This document shows, in pieces, positions 42,443 through 50,901 of a stretch of DNA of 64,000 bases; positions within the stretch are counted from its first letter, which is position 1; the number at the start of each line of letters is the position of its first letter. The position numbers and the translations under genes are program-made. A model generated the notes under the pieces. That model searched no databases. It saw only the letters and a list, made by a program, of their open reading frames with translations, and was not told the DNA's origin. Origin of the DNA: Phycisphaerales bacterium. GTDB taxonomy: Bacteria > Planctomycetota > Phycisphaerae > Phycisphaerales > UBA1924. The DNA is taken from assembly GCA_965227775.1 (NCBI GenBank), contig OZ245777.1, positions 1,568,001-1,632,000 of the forward strand, in the 5' to 3' direction.

Positions 42443-42784
42443 CTACTTGACGTCGAGTAGCTCGATGTCGAAGACGAGGTTCGCGCGTGGCGGGATGCTC
42501 GGGGGCGCGCCGCGCTCGCCGTAGCCAAGCCCGTAGGGAATCTCGAGGCGGCGCTTGCCGCCGACCTTCATGCCCGGGATGCCGATCTGCCAACCCTGGA
42601 TCAGGCTGCCCAGCGGGAAGGTGATGGGCTCGCCGCGGTCGTAGCTCGAGTCGAACTGGGTGCCGTCCTCGAGCGTGCCGCGGTAGTGCACCTTGACGGT
42701 CGCGCCGTGAGGGCACTCGGCCCCGGTCCCAACTTCGACGTCCTCGGCGACCAGGCCGCCGGCCAATTCGTGTCGTTCGGTCAT
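42443..42784 (-). CDS. Single-domain FKBP-type peptidyl-prolyl isomerase
   Basis: VHYRGTLEDGTQFDSSYDRG, LIQGW, GMKVGGKR, LGYG, IPPRANLVFDIEL. Confidence 0.95.
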   Translation of the reverse strand: MTERHELAGGLVAEDVEVGTGAECPHGATVKVHYRGTLEDGTQFDSSYDRGEPITFPLGSLIQGWQIGIPGMKVGGKRRLEIPYGLGYGERGAPPSIPPRANLVFDIELLDVK

Positions 42785-42873
42785 GCGAATCGCGTTCCTT
42801 TCCACCCGGGCCGTCCCGGGCAATTGATCAAGACTCGTGGCCCGTAGTCTCGCCGGCTCTTGCTGCTCGCGGC

Positions 42874-44637
42874 TTACTGCACCGCCATCAGCTCAACCTC
42901 GAACGTAAGGGGCGTATCGGCCGGCACCATTGGCGGGTTGCCCTGGGCACCAAACGCCTGTTCGGCGGCGAGCTCGATTCGACGCACGCCACCCACGCTC
43001 ATGCCCACGATCGCCTTGCGCAGGCCGGGCAGCGGCGACTGACCATCAAGCGGGATCACCTGCATGTCCCCGCTGTCGAAGGTGTTCGCGACGACGCTCC
43101 CGTCGGGCAGCTGCGCGAGATAGTTAATGACGGCCATCTGGCCCTCGGCCGCGGCGGGCCCCTCGCCGATGCTCACCTCGCGGATGGTGATGCCCTCTTC
43201 GACCTGCTCGGCCTCGGCGACGAACTCGGTCGAGAATTCACGCGGCATGCGCCAGTCGAAGAGCTCGACCTCGAACGTCAGTGGGGCGTTGGCCGGCACG
43301 ACGGGCGGCTGGCCCTCTTCGCCGAAGCCTAACTCCGAGGGCACCACGAACTGGCGGACCTCGCCGGGCCGCATGCCCTCGACGCCCATGCTCCAGCCCT
43401 CGATGACCGATTGCTCGAGCGGTACGACGGCCTGCTGGCCCTGGTCGAACGTCGAGTCGAACACTGTGCCGTCTTCAAGTACGCCCATCGTGTGCAGCAC
43501 GGCGATGCCCCCCGCGGGGATGGGTTCGCCCTCTGCGTCGCCCTCCTTCACGATGCGGATGATCATGCCGTTCTCGCGGGTCTCTTCGCTGATCCACTCC
43601 GTGCTCAGCTCGCGCGGGTTGGACATGCTCAGCAACTCGACCTCGAACACCAGGTCGCTGTTTGGCGGCACCACCTCGCCCACACCCTGGGGGCCGAAGC
43701 CCAGCGCGGAGGGCACCTCGATGCGGCGCTTGCCCGTGGGCTTCATGCCCACGATGCCGCGTGACAGGCCCGGCAGCATGCGCGGATCGCCCAGATCGAG
43801 CTGCTGGGGTGCGCCCGCCTCGCGGCTGGAGGCAAACTGCTCGCCCGTAGCGGCGGTGACGCCCAGGATGTGCACGAACACCTTGGCTTCGGGCTTGACG
43901 CTGTTCTCGCCCTCGCCCACGGTGATATCGCGGACGATGAGACCGTCGCCCATGTCCTGTGGCTCGCCCGCGAACTCGCTCGCGAGGTCGGGTTGCTTGG
44001 GCGGCTCGGGCTTGTCGACGCCCACGAGCACCACCTCGAACACCAAGTCAGCGCGCGGGGGGATCGTCGGCGGGCTGCCCCGCTCGCCGTACGCCAGGCT
44101 CCAGGGAATCTCGATGCGTCGCTTGCCGCCGACCTTCATGCCCTCCACGCCCTGGCTGAAGCCGGGCACGAAGCGGGCGAGCGCCAGCGTCAGCGGCTCT
44201 CCGCGGCTGTAGCTCGAATCAAACTCCTCGCCACTCTCGCGGAACGTGCCGCGATACTCCACGGTGACGGTGTCCTGCATCTCGGCAACGTCCCCGCTGC
44301 CGATCTCGATGTCGGTGACGCCCAGCTGGGTGAAGGGCTGCGAAGGGTCGGAAGGAGTGCGCGGCTCGGCTTGCGGCTCTGCTGGTGGTTCGTCGGCGGG
44401 CTCGGCAACCGGCTGCGCGGGCTCGTCGGTGGGCGTCGGCTCGGGTGCGTCAGCCGGCTGCCCGCTGGTGGTGCTGGCGTCGGCGGGGGTTGATCCCGAC
44501 GGGGAACCCGAAGTAGTCGACCCGGCATCGCTGCCGTTCTGCGACGAATTCTCGCAGCCGGAGAGGGCGACGACGCCCGCGAGCGCCAGGATGGCGGCGG
44601 CTCGCGACGCGGAAGCGGAAAGCGTGGTGATATCCAT
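42874..44637 (-). CDS. Lipoprotein with four tandem FKBP domains
   Basis: Lipobox LSGC, Pro/Ser/Glu tether, four repeats ending LVFEVVL / LVFEVEL / LTFEVEL / LTFEVEL. Confidence 0.92.
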   Translation of the reverse strand: MDITTLSASASRAAAILALAGVVALSGCENSSQNGSDAGSTTSGSPSGSTPADASTTSGQPADAPEPTPTDEPAQPVAEPADEPPAEPQAEPRTPSDPSQPFTQLGVTDIEIGSGDVAEMQDTVTVEYRGTFRESGEEFDSSYSRGEPLTLALARFVPGFSQGVEGMKVGGKRRIEIPWSLAYGERGSPPTIPPRADLVFEVVLVGVDKPEPPKQPDLASEFAGEPQDMGDGLIVRDITVGEGENSVKPEAKVFVHILGVTAATGEQFASSREAGAPQQLDLGDPRMLPGLSRGIVGMKPTGKRRIEVPSALGFGPQGVGEVVPPNSDLVFEVELLSMSNPRELSTEWISEETRENGMIIRIVKEGDAEGEPIPAGGIAVLHTMGVLEDGTVFDSTFDQGQQAVVPLEQSVIEGWSMGVEGMRPGEVRQFVVPSELGFGEEGQPPVVPANAPLTFEVELFDWRMPREFSTEFVAEAEQVEEGITIREVSIGEGPAAAEGQMAVINYLAQLPDGSVVANTFDSGDMQVIPLDGQSPLPGLRKAIVGMSVGGVRRIELAAEQAFGAQGNPPMVPADTPLTFEVELMAVQ

Positions 44638-44737
44638 CGAGGATCGTAGCCGCCGGTTTGCAGGCCCCTGCCACTTCGTGAGCGGGGGTTCATGGTTTCC
44701 CGCGACATGCGCACGGGGCGTTCTCATACCATGGGGC

Positions 44738-45754
44738 ATGGAGCAACCGCTGCCAAAGCGTCCCTGCATCGCGGTGTCGATGGGCGATCCGGGCAGCATT
44801 GCGCCAGAAGTTCTCTGCGCCGCCCTCCGTGCCGGCGCTGGCGACGCGGCTCGGGTTGTCATCTACGGCCCGGCCCGGGCCCTCGGGCGGCACGACTGGC
44901 CGGTCGTCGACTCTGTCGATGCGGTCGATCCGGGAGAGCCCATCACCGTGTGCCAGCTCGGCGATCGTGACGATGGGCAGCCGTTCGCCCACGAGCCGGA
45001 CGCACGCAACGGTGCGATCAGCCACGCCCAGGTGCTGCACGCGATGGACGCGACGGCGCTGCCCGAGGGCCACCCTGCCCGGGCCGACGCCATCAGCACC
45101 GGGCCGATCAGCAAGGCTGCCTGGGTGTTGGCCGGGTTGGGGGCCCACCTCGGTCACACCGAGCTGCTGGCCGAGCGATTGGCGACCGGCCGCCACGCGA
45201 TGGCGTTCGTGAGCCAGCCGCTGCTTGTGGCCCTCGTGACGGCCCACGTGCCGCTTCGGGCCGTCCCGGACGCGATCTCCACTGCCAGGGTGCTGGACGT
45301 GATCGAATTGGCCGCCAACCTGTGCCAAGACCTGGGCATCGAGTCCCCGCGCGTGGCGGTGGCGGGGGTGAATCCCCACGCCGGCGAGGGGGGTTCGTTG
45401 GGCTCGGAAGACCTGGAGGTCGTCGCACCAGCCGTGGTTCAGGCTCGCGACCGGGGCCTGGACGTCACAGGCCCCTTGCCGGGTGACACGGTGTTCCGCG
45501 ATGCTCGCCGGCCGGGCGGGATCTTCGACATTGTGGTGGCGATGTACCACGATCAGGCCCTGGCGCCGCTGAAGCTGGTGGCCTTCGACAACGCGGTGAA
45601 CATAACCTTGGGGCTCGCCGTGCCGCGAACCAGCCCAGACCACGGAACCGCGTTCGGCATCGCCGGGCGGGGCGTGGCCGACGCCGGTTCAATGGCCGCG
45701 GCCCTGCGTCTGGCGGCGAAACTCGCGGCCGCACGCGCCACCTCCCCCTCGTAG
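44738..45754 (+). CDS. pdxA: 4-hydroxythreonine-4-phosphate dehydrogenase
   Basis: MGDPGSIAPE, TGPISK, GHTE, NPHAGEGG, AMYHDQ, RTSPDHGTAF. Confidence 0.95.
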   Translation: MEQPLPKRPCIAVSMGDPGSIAPEVLCAALRAGAGDAARVVIYGPARALGRHDWPVVDSVDAVDPGEPITVCQLGDRDDGQPFAHEPDARNGAISHAQVLHAMDATALPEGHPARADAISTGPISKAAWVLAGLGAHLGHTELLAERLATGRHAMAFVSQPLLVALVTAHVPLRAVPDAISTARVLDVIELAANLCQDLGIESPRVAVAGVNPHAGEGGSLGSEDLEVVAPAVVQARDRGLDVTGPLPGDTVFRDARRPGGIFDIVVAMYHDQALAPLKLVAFDNAVNITLGLAVPRTSPDHGTAFGIAGRGVADAGSMAAALRLAAKLAAARATSPS

Positions 45755-45787
45755 CGGCGCCCGCGGGCGTCGCGGAAGCCACGCCCC

Positions 45788-47206
45788 ATGTCCGTGCCCG
45801 GCGCCCCAGACGAGCAACGCGAGTTCCTGCGGCATCCGCTGCTGGACATGCTGTTCATTGCCGCGCCGAGCATCGTGCAGATGGTCAGCTACTCGGCGAT
45901 GCAGTTCGTCGACACCATCATGGTGACCCGCTGGGGCAACGACCCGATCTTCGTGAGCGCCCTGGGCAACGGTGGCATGCTCGCGTGGATCCCGATCTCG
46001 CTCGTCATTGGCATGGCCGGAGTTGTGTCCAGCTTCGTCTCGCAGAACCTGGGCGCGGGCACGCCGCGCATTGGGGCGCGATACGTCTGGGCCCAGCTCT
46101 GGATCTCGATCTGTGCCGCGGTGCTGCTGCTTTGTCTCGTGCCGCTGCTGCCGATGGTCTACGGCGCTCTGGGGCACACGCCCGAGCTCGTGGCGCTCGA
46201 GAGCCGCTACGCGGGCATCGTCATCATGGGCGCGATCTTCCCCATGGCCGCGCGCACGGTGGCCCAGTACTTCTTTGGCATGCACAAGCCGGTGATCCCC
46301 ATGGTCGCCGCGCTCGCCGGCAACGCCGTGAACATCCTGGGCAACTGGGTGCTGATCTTCGGGTTGCTGGGCTTCCCAGAGCTGGGGCTTACGGGCGCCG
46401 CCATCGCCACCGTGCTGGGCGGTGCGGTCGAGTTCCTGATTCCCATGATCATCTTCCTGCTGCCGCACTGGCACAACCAATTCGACACGCGCACGCTTTG
46501 GCGGCCGAATTGGAAGCCGATCAAGGAGATCTTGCGCATCGGCACGCCAGCTGGGCTCATGTTCGTGAACGAGATGATCTGCTTCGGCTATCTGCTCGTT
46601 GGTCTCGCCGGGCGCTTTGGCGAGGTGCAGCAGGCGGCGGGGTGGATCGCGCTGCGCTACATGAGCCTCTCTTTCATGCCCACGGTCGGGCTATCGATTG
46701 CGATCACCGCCATCGTGGGGCGGCTGATCGGCATGGGCCGACTGGATCTCGCCGAGAAGCGCGCGTGGCTCGGCATGGCCCTCGGCGTGGGCTACATGGG
46801 CACGTGCGCGACGTGCTTCATCCTCTTCCGCCACGAGCTGATGGGGCTGTTCGTGACGGCGGATATGGCCGAGGAGAGCGCTGCCGAGCTCATCCGTGTG
46901 GGCTCGATGATCCTGATCGCCGCGGCGGTGTTCCAGGTGTTCGACGCGGTGGCGGTGACGATGACCGGCGCCCTGCGCGGCGCGGGCGACACACTCGTGC
47001 CCAGCGTGCTGACCATCGGCCTGTCATGGCTGCTGATCGTCGGCGGCGGCCATCTCGCGATCGAATTCGTACCCCAGTGGGGTGCCTTGGGCCCCTGGAT
47101 CTTCGCGTCAGCCTACATCGTGGTGTTGGGCGTCTGCCTGCTGGTGCGATTCAAGATGGGCGCATGGAAGCGAATGAGGCTCTCGGGCGATCAGATCACG
47201 GTCTGA
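45788..47206 (+). CDS. MATE-family efflux transporter
   Basis: VDTIMV, VSQNLGA, NILGNWVLIFG, LGLTGAAIAT, GALRGAGDT; about 12 TMs. Confidence 0.92.
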   Translation: MSVPGAPDEQREFLRHPLLDMLFIAAPSIVQMVSYSAMQFVDTIMVTRWGNDPIFVSALGNGGMLAWIPISLVIGMAGVVSSFVSQNLGAGTPRIGARYVWAQLWISICAAVLLLCLVPLLPMVYGALGHTPELVALESRYAGIVIMGAIFPMAARTVAQYFFGMHKPVIPMVAALAGNAVNILGNWVLIFGLLGFPELGLTGAAIATVLGGAVEFLIPMIIFLLPHWHNQFDTRTLWRPNWKPIKEILRIGTPAGLMFVNEMICFGYLLVGLAGRFGEVQQAAGWIALRYMSLSFMPTVGLSIAITAIVGRLIGMGRLDLAEKRAWLGMALGVGYMGTCATCFILFRHELMGLFVTADMAEESAAELIRVGSMILIAAAVFQVFDAVAVTMTGALRGAGDTLVPSVLTIGLSWLLIVGGGHLAIEFVPQWGALGPWIFASAYIVVLGVCLLVRFKMGAWKRMRLSGDQITV

Positions 47207-47301
47207 GGCCACAGAGATGCTCGAAGGGAGGCACCGGTCGGGGCCGCCTAGAATCACGATCCAGCCGTGAGGTTCCCTTTTTGCCCGTTGGAGGTCTCGC
47301 C

Positions 47302-48240
47302 TTGAGTTCCAGTTCGTCGCCGAGCGCTCTCGACATGGTCATCGGTTCCGGTGGAGATTCCGCCCAGGCCACCCGCTTGCTCGAAGAGGCACGCCAGCAG
47401 GCCGCCGCGGGCGACCGCCTGGACGCCATCGAGACGCTCCGCAAGGCTGTCCAGGCCGACGCCGGGCACGACGAGGCGGCCTTCCAGCTCGCCTACCACC
47501 TCGACCTGGCGGGCGAAGAAGACGAGGCCATCAGCCTCTACGAGCGGCTGTGCGACAAGACGCCCGCCCCGGTGAACGCCCTGCTGAACCTGGCCGTGCT
47601 CTACGAAGATCGCGGCGAGTTTTCTCGTGCGGAGCGATGCCTGCGCCAGGTGCTCGACACCGACCCGAACCATCCAAGGGCCCGGCTCTACATGAAGGAC
47701 GTCATCGCCAGCCGCGACGAGGGCGTGGTCGAGGACGCCGAGAGCGATCACCTCAAGCGTCGCCAGGAGATGGAGACGGCGGTCACCGACTTCGACCTCT
47801 CGGTGCGAACGCGTACCGCCCTGAAGCGGATGAACATCCGCACGCTTGGCGACCTGCTGCGGACGACCGAAGCCGAGCTGATGAGCTACAAGAACTTCGG
47901 CGACTCGAGCCTGGACGAGATCAAGAAGATGCTCGCCGGCAAGAACATGGCGTTGGGCCAGGGTGTCGACGATGGGCATCGCTCGGGCCGCCGAACCGCG
48001 CTCGACCGCTTCCGCGGCACCAGCCAGGAGGCCATGCTCAACAAGCCCGTGACCGATCTGGCCCTAAGCGTCCGTGCGCGCCGAGCTCTGCAGTTGCTCA
48101 ATATCCAGAGCCTGGGCGACCTGGTGAGCCATACCGAGGCCGAGCTCATGGGCGTGAAAAACTTCGGCGCCACCTCGCTCACCGAGGTGAAGGAGCGGCT
48201 CGGCGAGATCGGCATGACGCTCCGGACGATCGATGAATAA
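47302..48240 (+). CDS. TPR protein with two RNA polymerase alpha-subunit C-terminal domains (no alpha-NTD)
   Basis: About 3 TPRs, then LSVRTRTALKRMNIRTLGDL...KNFGDSSLDEIK and LSVRARRALQLLNIQSLGDL...KNFGATSLTEVK; TTG start after GGAGGT, TAGAAT at 47249. Confidence 0.9.
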   Translation: MSSSSSPSALDMVIGSGGDSAQATRLLEEARQQAAAGDRLDAIETLRKAVQADAGHDEAAFQLAYHLDLAGEEDEAISLYERLCDKTPAPVNALLNLAVLYEDRGEFSRAERCLRQVLDTDPNHPRARLYMKDVIASRDEGVVEDAESDHLKRRQEMETAVTDFDLSVRTRTALKRMNIRTLGDLLRTTEAELMSYKNFGDSSLDEIKKMLAGKNMALGQGVDDGHRSGRRTALDRFRGTSQEAMLNKPVTDLALSVRARRALQLLNIQSLGDLVSHTEAELMGVKNFGATSLTEVKERLGEIGMTLRTIDE

Positions 48241-48294
48241 GTAGATTCACTTATAATTCGGCAGTTCGGTCCCGCAGATGTTGCGCAGAACCAT

Positions 48295-48334
48295 GACCTG
48301 GCCCCCGCTCTGAGCGAGCGATCGGGTCTTTTTT
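48295..48334 (+). terminator. Intrinsic terminator 1
   Basis: GACCTGG/TCGGGTC plus CGCTC/GAGCG stem followed by T6. Confidence 0.65.
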
Positions 48335-48390
48335 CGCCAATGCCATAAAAAAGGGTTTACAAGACCCCATGGTTTCGGTTAGGCTGAAAT

Positions 48391-48466
48391 CGTTCCGGGG
48401 TCTCCCCGGGATGCATTCCTCGCAACAGGCGACCCGGCATCTCGTGGAGTCGGGTCGCCTTTTTTG
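48391..48466 (+). ncRNA. Candidate small RNA (5' hairpin, CATTCCTC linker, terminator)
   Basis: TTTACA(48356)-18 bp-TAGGCT(48380) promoter-like; hairpin CGTTCCGGGG-tct-CCCCGGGATG; terminator AGGCGACCCGGC...GTCGGGTCGCCT-TTTTT. Confidence 0.45.
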
Positions 48467-48496
48467 TTGCTGCTTGTCCTATCCTCGCAGCCCTCT

Positions 48497-48811
48497 CTAC
48501 GCGGGGCCCTGGCCATCGGATCCCGGTTCACCGGATCCTCCCGGCTCGCCCGGTCGCGTGCCCGTCTTGCGGTAGCTGCGGCGGCCGCTGGCGTAGAGCA
48601 CCGGATCAACACGGACTTCCATTGATTCGCCCGCCGCATGCTGGCGGTGGAGTTGCTTGAGCACCGGGATGCACCAGCCGCAGCCCGTGCCAGCCCCCAG
48701 GCACTCGCTGATGAGTGAAGCAACCGGCGGATCTTCGCGGCGGACGAACGCCTGCACCTTCCCAAGAGGCACGTGGAAGCACAAACAGACGTCGTCGTCC
48801 GGCCCCATCAT
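48497..48811 (-). CDS. BFD-like [2Fe-2S]-binding protein
   Basis: VCLCF...GAGTGCGWC. Confidence 0.85.
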   Translation of the reverse strand: MMGPDDDVCLCFHVPLGKVQAFVRREDPPVASLISECLGAGTGCGWCIPVLKQLHRQHAAGESMEVRVDPVLYASGRRSYRKTGTRPGEPGGSGEPGSDGQGPA

Positions 48812-49422
48812 GAGCCGGCGGCGTCCCCGGGCTCGTCCTCAGCGCTGGGCAGTGGCTCACCGATCGTGTAGTGCAGGCGATGGCCCAAGAAGCGTTCCAT
48901 CAGCGTGGGCTGCCCGCCGACCTCTTCCATTCGCAGCATCGCTTCGTCGAGCGGGATGCCGTCTTCCTCGACGAGGTAGGCCGCCCAGAGGTGTCGCGCT
49001 CTCCCGCCCGACGCGCAGTGGATCATGACCGGGCCATCGACGCCCTCGATCTCATCGGCGAACGCCGCGACCTGCTCGGGGTTGTACCCCTCGTCGCCGC
49101 CCATTGGGATCCACGCGTATTGCATGCCCCGGCTCTCGACCTCAACTTGCGGATCGAAGTCGAGCCGATCGATCTCCGGCTGCGTGCGCAAGTTGACGAC
49201 GAGGACGGTGCCGGCCGCTGCCTGACGCTCGTAGTCGTCTGGGGCGGGCTGCCCGGCGATGCGCCACCGGTCCCAGTGGTGCACCTCGATCGGCTCGGCC
49301 TCGGCCGACTCGGGGGCGACCGCGGGCTCGCTGGTCGCGCAGTGCTGGCACGCGCACCCCCCGAGGAGCGCAATGCACGTGACGCTGGTGATCGCGAGGA
49401 CGGCTGTTCGTGGCTGGATCAT
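48808..49422 (-). CDS. DUF442/BLH-type sulfurtransferase-phosphatase fold protein, probably exported
   Basis: [21 protein letters not shown] (Cx5R); lipobox-like LGGC; start uncertain (49422 or 49437). Confidence 0.82.
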   Translation of the reverse strand: MIQPRTAVLAITSVTCIALLGGCACQHCATSEPAVAPESAEAEPIEVHHWDRWRIAGQPAPDDYERQAAAGTVLVVNLRTQPEIDRLDFDPQVEVESRGMQYAWIPMGGDEGYNPEQVAAFADEIEGVDGPVMIHCASGGRARHLWAAYLVEEDGIPLDEAMLRMEEVGGQPTLMERFLGHRLHYTIGEPLPSAEDEPGDAAGS

Positions 49423-49503
49423 GCCCAAGCGTACCATGCCCGCCTTGGCGGGGTTTCGGTTCGGGAGTTGGTCAGGCAAGCTGGCCAGGAAGGGACGACG
49501 GCG

Positions 49504-50901
49504 ATGAGTTGGATCCGTGTGAAGGACGCCCTGGCGGCCGACGAGGGCTCAAAAGTGACGCTCAAAGGCTGGGTTCGCACCCGCCGAGACTCGAAGGCCG
49601 GGCTGAGCTTCGTCCAGCTCCACGACGGCTCGTGCTTTGACCCCATCCAGGTCGTCGCCAAGACCGACCTGCCCAACTACGAGGGTGAGATCCTGCACCT
49701 GACGACGGGCTGCGCGATCGAGGTCGACGGCGAGCTGGTCGCCAGCCAGGGCAAGGGCCAGCGCGTCGAAGTCCTCGCCAGCGCCGTCCGCGTCGTCGGC
49801 ATGGTCGAAGATCCCGATACTTATCCCGCGAGCGCGAAGCGGCACAGCTTCGAGTACCTCCGCGAAGTGGCGCACCTGCGACCGCGCACCAACACGTTCG
49901 GTGCCATGGCGCGCGTGCGGCATCGCCTGGCCTACGCGATCCACACGTACTTCGAGAACAACGGCTTCTACTGGGTGCACACGCCCATCATCACCACGAG
50001 CGACGCGGAAGGAGCGGGGCACCTGTTCCGCGTCAGCACGCTCGACGCCGTCAACCCGCCCATGGCCGAGGGTGGACAAGGCGTCGATTGGCACCAGGAC
50101 TTCTTCGGCAAGCAGTCGTTTCTGACGGTGTCGGGCCAGCTCAACGTCGAGACGTACTGCTGTGCGCTCAGCCGCGTGTACACGTTCGGTCCGACGTTCC
50201 GTGCGGAGAACAGCAATACCAGCCGCCACCTGGCAGAGTTCTGGATGATCGAGCCCGAGATTGCCTTTGCCGACCTCACCGACAACGCCAAGCTCGCCGA
50301 GGGGCTCCTGAAGTACGTGTTTGACGATTTGCTCACGCACTGCGCCGACGACGCTGCATTCTTCGACGAGCGCATCGAGAAGGGACTGATTGACAGGCTG
50401 AAGCACGTGATCGCCTCACCGTTCCGGATGCTGCCCTACACCGAGGCGGTCGACATCCTGCAGAACAGCGGCAAGAAGTTCGAGTACCCGGTCGAGTGGG
50501 GCACCGACCTGCAGAGCGAGCACGAGCGGTACCTGACCGAGGAGAAGTTCAAGCAGCCCGTGGTGGTGGTGGACTATCCCAAGGACATCAAGGCGTTCTA
50601 CATGCGCCGCAACGACGACGGCAAGACCGTGGCGGCGATGGACGTGCTCGTGCCGGGCGTCGGCGAGTTGATCGGTGGCAGCCAGCGTGAGGAACGCCTG
50701 GACGTGCTCGACGAGCGCATCGACGAGATGGGCCTGCCCAAGGACGAGTACGGCTGGTACCGCGATCTCCGCCGCTACGGCACGGTACCCCACGCCGGCT
50801 TTGGCCTGGGTTTCGAGCGACTGGTGATGTACTGCACGGGCCTGCAGAACATCCGCGACGCGATCCCGTTCCCGCGGGCGCCGGGGCAGGCCGCGTTCTG
50901 A
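49504..50901 (+). CDS. asnS: Asparagine--tRNA ligase
   Basis: [61 protein letters not shown]. Confidence 0.97.
   Translation: MSWIRVKDALAADEGSKVTLKGWVRTRRDSKAGLSFVQLHDGSCFDPIQVVAKTDLPNYEGEILHLTTGCAIEVDGELVASQGKGQRVEVLASAVRVVGMVEDPDTYPASAKRHSFEYLREVAHLRPRTNTFGAMARVRHRLAYAIHTYFENNGFYWVHTPIITTSDAEGAGHLFRVSTLDAVNPPMAEGGQGVDWHQDFFGKQSFLTVSGQLNVETYCCALSRVYTFGPTFRAENSNTSRHLAEFWMIEPEIAFADLTDNAKLAEGLLKYVFDDLLTHCADDAAFFDERIEKGLIDRLKHVIASPFRMLPYTEAVDILQNSGKKFEYPVEWGTDLQSEHERYLTEEKFKQPVVVVDYPKDIKAFYMRRNDDGKTVAAMDVLVPGVGELIGGSQREERLDVLDERIDEMGLPKDEYGWYRDLRRYGTVPHAGFGLGFERLVMYCTGLQNIRDAIPFPRAPGQAAF

Noticed and set aside
45985..47301. Apparent 751-aa ORF extending the TPR-alphaCTD gene upstream
   Set aside because: The extension overlaps the MATE gene out of frame and reads as Arg/Ala-rich noise; an SD and TTG at 47302 give a better start.
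47302..48240. Calling this gene rpoA
   Set aside because: No alpha N-terminal assembly domain and no ribosomal operon context.
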